A stretch of 64,000 bases of DNA from Selaginella moellendorffii (taxonomy: Eukaryota > Plantae > Lycopodiophyta): contig NW_003314364.1 of NCBI RefSeq assembly GCF_000143415.4, positions 363,327 through 427,326 of the forward strand, in the 5' to 3' direction. Shown piece after piece: positions 33,063 through 47,110 of the stretch. A model generated the notes under the pieces. That model had not been told where the DNA came from, did not search any database, and was given only the letters and a program-made list of their open reading frames with translations. The translations under genes and the position numbers were made by a program. Within the stretch, counting starts at the first letter, position 1; the number at the start of each line of letters is the position of its first letter.

Positions 33063-36058
33063 GTGCCCAATCTCCCCACACTTGCTACCATTTGAGGGGG
33101 CATCCACCACAAGAATCAAAGAAGAAACTCTCCAAAAACTCTCTATTTTTTGTTTTACATTGCTGTGTCTAGGATGGAATGCCACCCAACACCAAGCAGC
33201 AGTGGAGGGAGATCCAAGCCTCAGCCTTTGGCACTTGGAAGAGGTGCTAGAGGTTGCGGCCTCAACATCTGATTGCCCCAAGGAGGGATGCTGAAGGGAA
33301 GAGCTGCCAACAACAAAACCCCAATTGGAAGGAGGGCTTCGCTAGGTTCTTTAATGGACAATGAGAAGCTCAGCTTGAGTGGCACGGTAGGAAGTAGTGA
33401 GCACACAGTCAGTGATCGAGCAGGCTTGAGGCAGAAATCACATCACACAGAAAGTGATGTGCTCATGGAGTGCGCGGCCAAGGATCTCCATAAAGAGGTC
33501 GTGCAAGGAATGAGAGAGATGATGGACAGGGCTCAGCCACTCGTAAGCTCCTTGCTGAACTTGCAGACACAGGTTCTGGCCCAACTAACTCCCCAACGTG
33601 CAATCTAGAAAAGTTTGTCCAACTGGAGCAAGATGGCAGTGAGTACAAAGACAGATCGGCAACCAAGGATGGGATACCAGCATCAGGGATTATCCTTGAG
33701 ACTGACTCAAGACTTTTTGGGAACCTACAAGAAAAAGACAATACACTGGAAGCAGTAGTCTTGCCTAGAGACATGGGAATGGTGATACACAAGACAGTGG
33801 GGCTGTGCAGGAGCATGGACAGAGCAGTAGAGTTGGAGATTCTAGGGGCATGGGCTAGGGACATTTCAACCAGCCTCACCAACCAAGCATCATGGCTCCC
33901 CTGAGCAACAAAGATGTGGGGAGAAATGTATAATGCAACACCCCCCTTTCTTACATGGCTACTTGCTTGCTAAGCTCACTCCTCACTCCCTCAGTGGCAC
34001 TCTGTGTCATGCTTAATCACGCCCAGCCCTAAATGTTTAACGACTAAATTTAAATTAGTAACTTTAAATATTAATTAGTAGCACCATAATTTTGTAATTA
34101 GCCAGTGAATGAGCTATGGCTTGATTTAGGTTTTTCCTCATTGTTTTTTGTGTTCCTTCTTATATTTTCTATCTTATTTTTATCATTCTCTTTAGTATTA
34201 TGGCTAGATTGGAATATATAAATCATGCTCAAGATAGTATTCTTACTTTTTCTGATCTTATTGAGAGAAATAATAATATACTAGAATAGTCTTTAATTTA
34301 TAGTAATGAAGTGGCATGCCTATGTAAGCAATGAGGTGGCATGCAAATCCAAATAAGCAAATGGGACCCACCCTAAATAAGTGCTGAATTGTGCATTCTA
34401 CCCACACAGGAAGCAAGTGGTTTCTTAGGCTCTGGAGAATTAGCCAGTGGAGACAGGCTGCACAAGGAGGTGGCCACAAGCAAGGCTCTAGAACTGAGCT
34501 TTGTCACCCCCATCGCCGAGTGAACAGGACTTAGCGTGGTTCTCAATGTGGGAGAGACAGCTCTTGATCTCAATTCAAGATCTAATTGGAAAAACTAAAG
34601 GCAAGACATGTGCTAATCCAGGCAGGAACAGAGGCGGTGTCACCACAAGGGCAGTGGTGGCAGCAATGAGGGCAGCCATAGTTGCTGCACTACCAGTAAG
34701 TCAACACTTAGAGGAGCTGAGGGCAGATCCAGGAGAGGAGAAAAGCTTACACTCAAGTGAGAGATCTACAAGGGAACATGAAGTCTCATGATGTCCACAA
34801 GGTAGAGTCAAAGGATCAGGTCCATGGGGAAGAGTTGGTCTCACTAGGGCCAAAAGTGATATCCAGGCCCAGATCAAAAGGGGACCACTCAGCCAGAAGT
34901 TTGCCCACAGGTGCCTCTCAGATCTGACCAACAAAGTGAGAGTGTTGCTGCCTAGCTCTCTTGCGAAGTTTGTAGGATCTTGATTCAAGAGCAAAACTTC
35001 TCTTAGCCACCAGCCTAACAACAAGCCTCAGTCCCTTGTGATGCAACAATGTATGCCACACCAGATAGAAGAAGGAATGCTGTGTTGGGATCCCTCAACC
35101 TTCGCAGAGGCTCTGCAAGACACCACGCAGGGCAAAGTGCAGCTTCACACCAAGACATACTCACTATGGAGGTATGGTACCAGGAGGCAACTCCCTTGGG
35201 GGAAGACCAGATCCTTGGCCCCGCCCTCAGGGAAGCCCTTGAACTTGTGATGGTGGCATTGGTAACACAAAAAAAGCGGAAGAGAATGAACAGCCAAGAT
35301 GCCCGAAAAACCATGATGCAAGAGGAAGAGACAAGCATGTGGAAGGCACAAGAGTCACAGGAACAAGAAGTGGAACAGGAAAGGGAACAAGGCAAGGAGA
35401 CCCTAGGAGAGAGCAGAAAATGGAGACACTGAAGGAGGAACCGATTCTGGAAAAAAGAGACAAACTGTTAGCAGTACTGCTGGAAGAACAGGAGGGGGAG
35501 ATGAAGCGCATGGGGCTGGAGATGGACAGAGAGGTAAAAAAAAACAAGATGGAAAGAATGCAAGGTGGTGTGAAAGAAGCTAAAATCCCAGAGTAGATCA
35601 AAGGAGGCCCTCGCATGGGCGAAAGAGGTGGAGGAGTTCTTATACGAAGAGGAGATGTTTTCTAAGGATCAGAAACAGGCTACAGGCAGATCACCTAAAG
35701 GAAAAGCCCAGGGAGCCTTGGCAGGATGTGGTTGGGAAAAGGTGGTAGCCAAGGAGCAGCCCACTTTGTGACATGGTCTGGATGGCCCCAAAGACCAAGG
35801 CAATTTAAGAGTTGAGTGAGAGTGAGGAGGTTGCTCCACACAGGGAAAGTTGGCAAAGGAAGTCTCACATGCAGAAGCCTTGAAACAAGAGTCCTACACA
35901 GGAGAACCAAGGAAACGGGCCAGCACAGTGCAAGACCCCAAAGTGATAGCAAGGGCAATTAAGCTGGGCAAACTAAGCCAGGTAGTGGCAGCTAGAGAAG
36001 AACTACAACATAGAGCAGTGATCACAGTCTTCAAGGGGAAGTTTCCGACTTGTCATAT

Positions 36059-39000
36059 TGTTAGGCGCCAGCTTTGACTACGTGGTCAACGTCGGTCAAA
36101 GGGAGGCTCAAGGGTATATTAAGGCATGTTAGGGTAAGGGACTTAACCTACCCTAGGGCTCACAGTGGAGCGGCGGCGCGGCGGCGCAGTGGAGCTTTTG
36201 AGGTAGCTCAGGGGTGGTTGGGTGGTGAGGAACCTCAAGAGGTGGCGTAGCATAGTCTAGGGCAACGAGATCTTTGTCTTTTTGCGCCGGATCATAACAT
36301 TGGTATCAGAGCATTGGTTGCGATGGCCGACCAAGCTGAACGCTGGAATCCTATCATCGATGGTGGTGCCGACGATGGTGCCGACGAAGTTGCGGAGATT
36401 TGGACCATTCAAGATGTGGTTCATGAGCTGCGAGCCCTTAATAAAAATCAGCAAGAGATGCAAGACGAGATGCATGGCATGATGGATACCATGCGTGGGC
36501 GTGTTGAGGCACTTGAGGCTGGACGGGGTAGCGCTCCAAGTAAGCCTTCTTTGGTAGATCGACTCAAGATTTCAACCTTTTCCGGTGATGGTGGTGTGGA
36601 CGAGTGTCTCGCTTGGCTAGCCAATGTGAAGAAGTTCTTGGCTGCTAGAGGAACTCCAGATGCAGAGGCTTTAGTGGCTATTCCGATGGTTTTGCGTGAT
36701 GCGGGTCTTCGATGGTGGAATTGGCTTGAGGAGTCCCGTGTTGCGGATAAGAAATCACTAGTATCTACCATGGATGAGTTTGAGGCTGCTTTCCGTTTAC
36801 GTTTTGCCCCTCATTACGACGTGGAGAATGCTCGTACAGAACTTCGCCATTTCCAACAAGGGAAAATGACGCTTGGGGATTATATTGAGAAGCTTACTCG
36901 CTTGATTAGTCATGTTCCAACGAAGGATCCAGATCAGAACAAATCCTACTTCATTGATGGCCTACATAGTGAGAGCATGTGGCAACACTTGCGTCATTCT
37001 CAGCCTACAAAGAGTTTGGAGGAGCTCTTTGATGCGGCTCGTTGACTTGATAATGACAAGCACAAGTCTTGCAAGCGTTCGCGGAGTCCTTCTGTCGAGC
37101 ATCGTCGTGATGATTGCCGTGGACACAAGGATGGGAACAAGCATCACAAGTTGAAGTCGGTGGTGACTACCTCGGATGCAAAGGGGTCCAAGAAGCAGAA
37201 GTTCTTTGTGAAGAATTATAGACAGGGTTGTCATCATTGCGGCGAACTTGGACACTACAAGGCTGATTGTCCGCAGTTGAAGAACAAGCAGCAGGACAAG
37301 AAGAATGGCCAATCTTCTTCTCACGGTAAGTCCGATACTAAAAAGTTGCAAACTTTGCAGTGTGAGGAGGAGGAGAACGACCATTCCGGTCGGAGGAAGC
37401 GACTTTCGATCGTTGCTCGTCAGCTCAACTGTGTGTGGAACAAGATGGAGCTTGATGATACGCGTGAATCAGCTTTAATGTTGGAGGGCGTGTTCCGTGG
37501 CGATCCAATGCGGATTTTACTGGATAGTGGGAGCGATGACAACTTTGTTTCGGCAAAGTTTGTTGCGGAGCATCGCCTGAACACACGTGGAGTTCTTCCA
37601 TACACAGTGGAAGATGCAGCTGCCTCTGCTCAGCATTTCGATGCTTGTGTCGAGGGGCTGGAAGTGTTGGTTGGCAAAACCACACTTGTGGAGACTTTTT
37701 ATCTCGCGGATATCCATCGTGTGGATCTCATTCTTGGGATGCCATGGTTGGTGAAGGTGGATCCAGAGATAAAGTGGAGCATTAAGTGTATCTCGCTGGA
37801 GTATGGTGGCGTTAAAGATGTGTGGTTTGGCGAGGGCGTTCAACCACCAGTTGTTATGCTCTCTGCTACATCTTTGAAGCAGGCTTGTCGTAATGGAAAA
37901 GCACTTTCAAGTTACTTGCTGTTTGTTTGTGACTTGGGGGACCAAGGCACGTGTGGGGGAGAAGCAGCAGTACGGGATGTACTTGATGAGTTTTCTGATG
38001 TTTTTCCATCTGAACTTCCTCATGGATTGCCTCCATTACGAGGTGTGGAGCATGTGATTACATTGGAGCCGGGGACGCGGCCAATTTACCGGCGTCCATT
38101 TCGGTTAAGTTATGCAGAGGAGCAAGAAGTTCAACGACAAGTCAAGGAGTTACTTGAGTTTGGATTTATTCAGCCAAGTAAGTCTCCGTTTGGTGCTCCG
38201 GTCTTGCTTGTGAAGAAGAAGGACGGTTCAATGCAGATGTGTATTGACTACCGTGCTTTAAACAAGAAGACAGTGAAGGGCAAAATGCCGATGCCACGTG
38301 TGGATGATATCCTAGACAAGCTTGGTGAAGCACGAGTGTTTACCAAGATTGATCTGAGGAGTGGATATCATCAGATTGCAATGGATGATGCATCTATCTC
38401 CAAGACGGCATTCAACACAAGCTTCGGACATTTTGAGTTTACCGTTATGCCATTTGGTTTGACGAATGCACCGGCCACATTTACTCAGTTGATGACGGAG
38501 GTATTTAGGCGTTATCTTCATGAGTTTGTGGAGATTTTCTTGGACGATATTCTTGTTTTTAGCAAGAATATGGAGGAGCATAGGGTGCATTTGCGCAAGG
38601 TTCTTTTGTTACTTCGAGACAGCAAACTTTATGCGAAGAAGAGCAAATGTGAATTTGCAAAGTCGGAGGTGGAATATCTAGGCCATATTGTGACATCTAA
38701 GGGTGTCAAGATGGATCCAAGGAAGGTGGCTGTGGTGGAAAACTGGCCTACACCGACTACAGTGGCCGAGTTGCGCAGTTTTCTTGGTATGGCTAGTTAC
38801 TACCGACATTTCCAGCATAAGTTTGCAGAGGTGGCTATTCTGTTGACGCGGTTGTTACGCAAGAATGTGCCATTCGAGTGGAAGACGCCACAAGAGGAGA
38901 GTTTTGTGGCGCTGAAACGATTGTTGATCGAGGCTCCAGTGCTTCGCATTGCTGATCCATCGAAACCTTACGAGGTGACATGCGATGCGAGTGGTTATGC

Positions 39001-40990
39001 ACTGGGAGGAGTTCTCATGCAAGAGGGACAGCCTATTGCATATGAGAGTCGAACTTTGAATTCCGCGGAGCAACGCTATTCCACATATGAGCAAGAGTTA
39101 CTCTCTATTGTTCATGCTTTGCGGACGTGGCGGCACTATCTTTATGGTGCAGTGTTCGTGGTGTTGACAGATCATAAACCACTTGTGTATCTTTTCACAC
39201 AGAAGGAGTTGAACACTAGGCAAGCTCGTTGGATGGTCAAACTCATGGAGTTTGGGGAGTTTCCTATTGAGCATCGTCCGGGAAAATCAAATGTGGTGGC
39301 GGATGCTTTATCTCGTGTTCGTCATGTGACGATGTTACGAACACGATTTTGTCATCATTTGAGTAAGGTGGTCAGCGAGTTTGGGCAGTTGGTTGAGCAT
39401 GCTCAGGCTCAGGATGCTGAGGTGGCCTCTTTGCGAGACCAGATGGAAGCTCCTTTCTCATTGGTGGATGGGAGTTTCTACTACAATGGCCGTGTCTATT
39501 TGCCACGGGTGGATGCGTTAATTACTCAAGTTTTATTCCACTATCATGATCGTCCAGAGGCCGGTCATTTTGGGGGGAAGAAGACGTATGAGTTGATTAA
39601 GCGCAACTTTTATTGGAGGAATATGAAGGCTGATATCCTCAAGTATTGTAAATCATGCGAGCTTTGTCAGCGGGTTAAGGTGCCACGGGAGAAGCCGGGG
39701 GGACTTTTGCAACCTTTACCTATTCCTTAGAGCCGTTGGTGTAGTATCTCTATGGACTTCATCACTTGTTTGCCACGAACACAGAGGCAAAAGGAGCAAG
39801 TATAGGTCATAGTAGATCGGTTGACGAAGTATGTGCGGTTGTTGGCTCTTCGGAAGACTGTCACTGCCTCAGACTTGGCTGCGGTTTACTTGGAGAAGGT
39901 TTTTCCTGATTTTGGTTTGCCGGAGGATATCATTAGTGATCGAGATTCAAAGTTCACCAGTGGATTTTGGAAAAGTTTTGCAAAGGCTATGCAAGTGACT
40001 TTGAAACTCTCGAGTGGAGATCATCCTTAGACGGATGGGCAAACTGAGCGTGTGAATCAGGTGGTGGAGGATATGCTACGTTGTAGCATTGGTCAAAGGC
40101 AAGGACAGTGGGATCTATATCTTTCGTTGGTGCAATTTGCTTACAACAATAGCCAACACAGTGGAACCAAGCTAAGTCCTTACTTTGCGATGTTTGGAAG
40201 GCATCCTCGAACAGCGGTGGAGTTGGGATTGCATTTGAGTAAGGACGTTCAAGAAAAGCTTGATTCCGAGGCAACTGATCTGGCCACAGAACTTGATGAG
40301 ATTCTGGTGGTATGCAAACGGAATTTGCAAGCAGCTCAGGATAGAGCGGAGAAGTTTGCTAATGAGCATCGCCAATTCCGGGAATATAAGGTGGGTGATC
40401 TCGTTTTCGTGTGAGTGATCTTTCCGTCAAGTGAGCAGCGGAACACCTTGGTGCCTTTACGGATAGGGAAGAGTGATAAACTCTTCCATCGATATGCTGG
40501 TCCATATGAAGTGCTAGAGTGCATTGGTAAAGCGGCTTATCGGGTGCGGCTGCCAGCTGGGGTGAAAATTCATCCGGTATTTTATGTCAGCCAGTTGAAA
40601 GGTGTACTATCTCGGAGTGACGGGCCCAATGCCTCCTTGATGTATACGGCTGTGGAAGATGGACCAGGAGCTTGAGCAGGATTCCCCAGAAAGGGTGATC
40701 ACCGGTACAACTCGTCCTTGGGACAAGGACTTTGTTGGGGGGGAAGAATTGTTAGGCGCCAGCTTTGACTACGTGGTCAACGTCGGTCAAAGGGAGGCTC
40801 AAGGGTATATTAAGGCATGTTAGGGTAAGGGACTTAACCTACCCTAGGGCTCACAGTGGAGCGGCGGCGCGGCGGCGCAGTGGAGCTTTTGAGGTAGCTC
40901 GGGGGTGGTTGGGTGGTGAGGAACCTCAAGAGGTGGCGTAGCATAGTCTAGGGCAACGAGATCTTTGTCTTTTTGTGCCGGATCATAACA
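36059..40990 (+). mobile_element. Full-length Ty3/gypsy LTR retrotransposon, 4932 bp, recent insertion
   Basis: 241-bp LTRs (36059-36299, 40750-40990) with 2 mismatches, TSD CATAT, PBS TGGTATCAGAGC, PPT; gag with CCHC knuckle, protease LDSG, RT FLDD, RNase H CDAS, integrase HHCC, core and GPY motif. Confidence 0.97.
36323..40675 (+). pseudogene. gag-pol polyprotein, single frame, broken by five in-frame stops
   Basis: ORF pieces 36314-37045, 37151-39730, 39821-40030, 40052-40414 and 40415-40675 are all in one frame; stops are TGA/TAG derivable from CGA/CAG/TGG. Confidence 0.9.
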
Positions 40991-41249
40991 CATATAGCCA
41001 TTGACTGGCTAAACGTTGTGCTTGAACAGGGGATTTCCATCAAGGACCTGCTCCCACACGGTTGAGGGTGCTACACAATGGTGTTCAAGACAGAGGAGGC
41101 TTGGGCCCAAGTAGAGGAGCTACATGGACTCATCAATGACAACTGGGCTATGTCCTTCCACCCATGGATTCTAAGGTTCATGGTTGATGATCAAGAAAAG
41201 CATTGAAGTGGGCAAGTTTTGCACTCAACAGGGCACTTTGGGACATCAT

Positions 41250-41980
41250 TGTAGCGCATGTGATCATGGGATGAGATTTGGATATACTGTCACCATGGAT
41301 CCTATGAACTTTGGGGGATAAATGGGGATAAAATAGCCACTAAGGGCTTTCTCATCAAGCAATTGCCCTTTTTCCAGTTGGCTTAAGGGGAGAGAGATAA
41401 AGTGCGTTACAGTTGGTATCGGAGCAAATGGCACGGGTTCGATTCCCATTGATTAGTGGCTACTTAAAAATATAATATACCCTTGAGCAAGGTATATTCC
41501 TACCCTTAAATATGAAATCGTACGTATTGGGCATCCATGCATACGTCTTTCCTCTTGTGTGGAGTATCCACAAACGAAAGTATCCATTGTGGGACTGCGG
41601 TATCACATGGAATAGCTAATCTACACAATGGAAGGATTGGTAGATTGAGTGCGGAAATGGAGGTAGATGACTAGTTGCCTCACATGGAATAGCTAATCTA
41701 CACAATGGAAGGATTGGTAGATTGAGTGCGGAAATGGAGGTGTTGGTTCCCCTTAGCTCAGTAGGGGTTGTTAGTCAATAGTCAATGAGGACATTGACAT
41801 CTCTAAAGGGGGGGTGAGTGTAGCGCATGTGATAATGGGATAAGATTTGGATATACTATCACCGTGGATCCTTGGAATCTTGGGGGATAAATGGGGATAA
41901 AATAGCCACTAAGGGCTCTCTCATCAAAAAATTGCCCCTTTTCTAGTTGGCTTAAGGGGAGAGAGATAAAGTGCGCTACA
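41250..41980 (+). mobile_element. TRIM (terminal-repeat retrotransposon in miniature), 731 bp
   Basis: 162-bp TG..CA LTRs (41250-41411, 41819-41980), PBS TGGTATCGGAGC, PPT AAAGGGGGGGTGAG, TSD ATCAT/ATCAC; non-coding interior with a ~60-bp direct duplication. Confidence 0.92.
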
Positions 41981-44900
41981 ATCACAATAGAGATGGGGAT
42001 CAAGAAGGTGATAAAAGAGTTGGTTGAAGGAAGCATTGGACAGATTGCTTTGGGCTTGGACACCGTGGACACAAACAAGATCCTAGGTCTTATCAGGCTT
42101 AAGGTCTTTGTCTCATCACCATCAAAGCTTCTAACAAAGATAGCAGTCATGGGACAATACATTGAATCCAGGTGGAGAACTTAGCACCATGGTGTGGTTT
42201 CTACCTACATCCCGAGCACAACAAGAATGTGTGCACCACCAAACAACCCAAGCTTGCTCCGGGATAACCTTTTGAACTCCTAGAGGTAGTGAAGAAGCAA
42301 CTGAAGCAACATCCTCTGGAATAGGCTCCACATATCCAATCCCCAAGTGTGCCACCTTTCTTTGGGCCTAAGACACAGCCTAGAATGTTCAAGATCCTGA
42401 TTGCTGAAAAGGATGGTGAAGGTTTTCAGCCAGTTCTTCCTCGGACAGTGAACATGGTGGTCAGATGGATCCCGCATAAGAGAGAGCTGACAACCATAGA
42501 GGCTGGCGATTGGTTGATGTACTGGGGACACACAACATTCCTAGAGGTCATCATGCTTGGAGACTACCAGACTCCTATAGAATGCACCATCATAGAGTGG
42601 ATGGGCTTTGCAGAATATGCAGTATGTGGCTTCTCCTAGACCAAGTATAAGGGGAAGCTCACTGCAGTGTGGACTATTCCATGGAATGGAGGGCTAGGCC
42701 CAGCAACACAGTATTCTCTTGGAAATACGTTACTCCATGACTACACTCTCAATCCTAACATGGAACTATTGGGGACTGAGTTCTGACAAAAACAGACTTA
42801 ACAAGAGAATACAACTCAAGTCCCACATCTGGAAGATCAGACTGGAGGGGAGGATTGACATACTATGCATTCAAGAGCACAAGATGGTGAAGGCACTAGA
42901 CTTCAACCTGGGCATGCGAGGGAGACTCTGGTGGAATCCGGCCAGGAAGTATGGTGATCATCGTCTCTACCAAATGGTCAGCGTAGGTATGTGATCACAG
43001 GGTGCTAGTCCTGGGGAAAGCACAGTTGTTGGTCATGCACCTACACTTTGGGCGTGTTGGGATTGTCAACATTTATGCACCTACTCAGTGAAGGGAGCAT
43101 GCACAGATGTGGGTAGAAATTCAGTAGAGCACTCAAGGAGTGGCAGATGAGTGGCTCATGGTAGGAGACTTTAATATGGTCGAGGATTTGAGCCACCATC
43201 GAGGCTCATTGGAAACCATTTAAGGGCGAGAGAGGAAGAGTTGAACAGTGCTAGTGGAAGCCTTGGGAATCCTAGACCTCCAGCATGTGGAGGGTTTTTC
43301 TACTCATTCCCATCCATTCACGAGATGGCAATTGATGGGGTGCCAAGCACACCTAGACAGGATTTATGCCTCCACTAGGCTGCAACAAGATGGCAAAGCG
43401 CTCAAAATGTGGCTTGCATTTGCCAGCTTTTTGGACCACAACCCACTCCAAGGTGTCCTTAAGTTATAGGTTGAGAAAGGAATGGCAGTGCAATGGAGGA
43501 TCACCAAAGCTACATTTGCTGACTAGGTAGCTTTGGAGTTTGTCTGGGAATCACTGGATGAGTGTAAAGGGGAACTTGTCTTAGCACTAAGTACTTGCTC
43601 CACCAAGCTTCTAAAAAGGCAGTCAGCACTCAAAGGGGAAGTCTTGAAGAAGGTGAGGTTAGTGAGAGCGGCCCAAAGAAGGGTACTGAGCACAAACAAC
43701 ATGGACAGCAATACTGGATGAGAGGGATGCTGACACAAACCATAAGAATATTCTAAGAATATTCTATAGCATGTGGAATTTAAGGCCATAATGCCTTAAG
43801 GGTTAGGAGGTTAGCCTAGAGCTTGCTCTCTTATTCATTTCATTGGTATCGGAATAACATGTTCTTTTGGGGATGGCAAGTGAGCAAGATATTGATATTG
43901 ATGAGGAGTATGGCATTAGTGATGATGGAGGAAGAAATTCTTGATGATGTCGTTGTGTGGCATGCTTTTTTATGGTGGAAGAATTACATCAAAGCTAATC
44001 CAAAGCTAACTTCTTGGATTGATTTGACAAAAGTTTTCCATACTTCATTTGTCAAGAAGTTTGAAGAAGTTGATTTTATGAATTAGCTATTAGAGATTTA
44101 GTAGGGGACTTTGTCTTTGGATGCATATGCTCGCAAGTTCTGTGATCTTTGCCTTAGTCTCATGGGCACCTATAATCAGCTGCTAAAGGTGCAATGTTTT
44201 ATTAAAGGTTTGAGTTCAGTGGATGTGCAGCAGAAGGTCAAGAAGGATTTTCCAATAATGTTGACTGATGCTATCACTAAGGCTTAGATATTTTCACCCA
44301 AACTGTCAGTCAACTTGGTCAACTCTGGTCAACAGGATGGTCTATGGGGTAGTCAACGTGATGACCAACCCACCAATACTTCATCTTCGGGAAAGAAACA
44401 GCCATTGTTCCATTGTGGCTCAAAGAGTGGAAATAGTACTAAGGCCAAAAGACATCGTTTGGACCAGCGAGAAAAAGACAAAGTGGAGGGTAATTGTTTT
44501 TGTTGTCACAAGACTAGACATCATAGCATGTCCTCTTGTGAAAGGATCAAAGAATGCTAAAGTGAATGTGATGGAATCCATTGTGGATACAGCTCAGGCA
44601 TCTATTGTGGAGGCTCTTCCACACCCTGTGGCAAAAGGTCAAGAATCTAAGTCTTAAATTTGTATCAACTCTGTAGATATTAATGGTTCTATGCGCAATC
44701 AACTTGTGAAGGCCAAGGGGGACATTCAGAGTAGTGCTGTTAGTATTCTTTTTGGTCCAAGTGCTACTCACAACTTTTTGAGATCCAAGTTGGTGAAGAA
44801 ACTTGGTTTGCTTGTGGAAAAGAGTTCAGTAATCTATGAGATGGTTATGGCAGATGGATATAACACTCGTGTTTACGGTGAATGGGCTCCAAATGTTTCT

Positions 44901-45265
44901 TTGATGGTTCAAGGGATTCTCAACCATCCCTTGTTCCAGGTTATGGGTCTTGGTTTCACAAATGTTATTCTTGAGAAGGAATGGTTTTATAATAGGAAGC
45001 TAGGGATCGATTAGAAGTGTAATGTTCTACATATCAAAGTTGGTGGCATTGTGAAAGAAATTGTTAGGATAGACACTAGTGATACTCCATTGATTAACGC
45101 TTTGGAGTTGATGACCTGCACGTATGAGATAGCTAGCTCTTTCATGGTGTACCTGTTTCTTTCTAATATGATCATGTCTGATTTGGAGGTGGATTCCATT
45201 TAGGAGGAGTTCTGTGATGTGTTTCTGGATGAGTTGCTTGATGGTTTACCTCCCGAACATGGAAT

Positions 45266-45970
45266 TGTGAGACACAAATCCCTAAGCCCCAAAGTGGAGC
45301 CGAAAGGGTGCCACGTGGTAGTGGCTGAAGCAAAAGCCAAACGAGCATAACACGTTTGGACTAAAAGGCTCCGACTTGAAAGGTTGAGAGCGGGAGTGGA
45401 ACTCCCAACGGAGTGCTCAAGGAACGAGTATGAAGCAAGCAATAAGCGAGGCCCCAAAAAGGGACCCAAAAGGACCAACACATGACACGTGGAAGTGTCC
45501 GAGATGGAGTCCGAGATGGACCCGAAATGGAGTCCGAGGTGGACTGAGAAGGAGTCTGAGGTGGAGTCCAAGGTGGATCCGAGATGGACCCGAGATAGAG
45601 TCCAAGGTGGACTGAGACGGAGTCCGAGGTGGAGTCCGAGGTGGATCCGAGATGGACCTGAGATGGAGTCCGAGATGGAGTCTGAGATGGACCCAAGATG
45701 GATCCGAGATTGAGTTCGAGGTGGACCCGAGATGGACCCGAGATGGATCCGAGATTGAGTTCGAGACGGACCTGAGATGGAGTCCGAGATGGACCGAGAC
45801 AGAGTCCAAGATGGAGTCCGAGATGGAGTCCAAGGTGGACCAAGACGGAGTCCGAGATGGAGTCCGAGGTGGACCGAGACGGAGTCCGAGATGGAGTCCG
45901 AGATGGACCCGAGATGGAATCCGAGAAGGACCCGAGATGGAGTCCGAGGTTGAGACCAAGACCGGGACCA

Positions 45971-46015
<45 letters not shown>

Positions 46016-47110
46016 TCGGGACTGAGACCGAGGCTAAGGCCGAGTCCGAGTCCGAGTCCAAGTCCGAGTCCAAGTCCGAGTCCGAGTCCGAGTCCGAGTC
46101 TGAGTTCGAATCTGAGAGGGTGAAAGCCCAAAGCGTTCGTCTCCCAGACCTTGGGGGGTTTGGTGAGCTCCAAAAGTATAGTAGGGGGAGGACTGCAGTG
46201 GAGCCAGTTTGGCCAGGAAAGGCCAATTTGGCCCAGAAAGCCTGTACCCAGTGTTGGGTGATGAGCTGCCCACTGGGAAGTCCAAAACTAAAGTGAACAT
46301 AAACCGACAAGTGGGGTAGCTTGGTGAAGTGTTCAAGAGCCGGCTCTAGTTCCCCTGGGAGATCGACTGGACGATGCTCCCAGTCCAAGTGTGGGTGGCA
46401 CTACCTACTTGGATACCAGGCGTGGCTCAACGGAACCTCGCTCTAAGCCCACAGCTAGAGCACCTAAATGCGGAAGGTGGGGAGAGTACCCATGAGGGCT
46501 GCATAGGGCCATGGTGTTCCGAAATATTGTCCCAAAGTCCCAGACTGTGTAAAGGAAGAGGAGTAGCCCTTTGGTGTGGTGACCAAGGACACAATCACAC
46601 AGTGAGGAAGTCCTAGAGGACAGTGAGACTTAGTGGTTAGGCTCGTAAGCCTTGATCCAATGGCAGTGTTGGCAAACACGGCCCAAGACAGAAAGGGACT
46701 TGGTGGGGACTGGAAAGGGGATATTGGGGAAGGCTATTCCCCATGGCTAGGGGCATCCTAAGGATGCTAAAGAGTGGATCTAGGATGATCACTCATGGAC
46801 GAATGGCCCAGTCTTTGAGAGACAGGACTATGATGTAGGTGGTGTTAGACCACCGATGTGACCAAGGTGAATGGGCATGGCCTTAACGTAACGGGCTGAT
46901 ATGACGGTGGTACTTTGGGGTGTCGGTCATGGGATCGGACATGTGGAGCACTTGGACCAAGTGCAAAGGTTGAATGGCGGGGATGCCATTCTCAGGGCTA
47001 GCAAGCCCAAGTCCAAAATAGGACTTATGGAGGTTGTGAGTGAGACTCCTCTTAGTGGTCAGAAGTATGGTTAAGTGACTAAAGTTGAATGGAAAATTTA
47101 GTCGCTTACA
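45266..47110 (+). mobile_element. Family A solo LTR, 1845 bp
   Basis: TG..CA termini, perfect TSD GGAAT; removal restores host GLPPEHGIQHEIDLVPG. Confidence 0.95.
45498..46115. repeat. Tandem GAGATGGAGTCC / GAGACC / GAGTCC array within the solo LTR
   Basis: Directly visible. Confidence 0.95.

Larger units (their letters stand above)
33068..43730 (+). mobile_element. Decayed L1-type LINE (ORF1 region plus APE endonuclease), interrupted by nested LTR elements
   Basis: Reading frame AVITVFKGKFPTCHI|AIDWLNVV rejoins across the gypsy insertion; endonuclease motifs ILTWN..GL, IDILCIQEHK, NIYAP, VGDFN, HLDRIY, DHNP at 42.7-43.5 kb. Left boundary uncertain. Confidence 0.7.
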
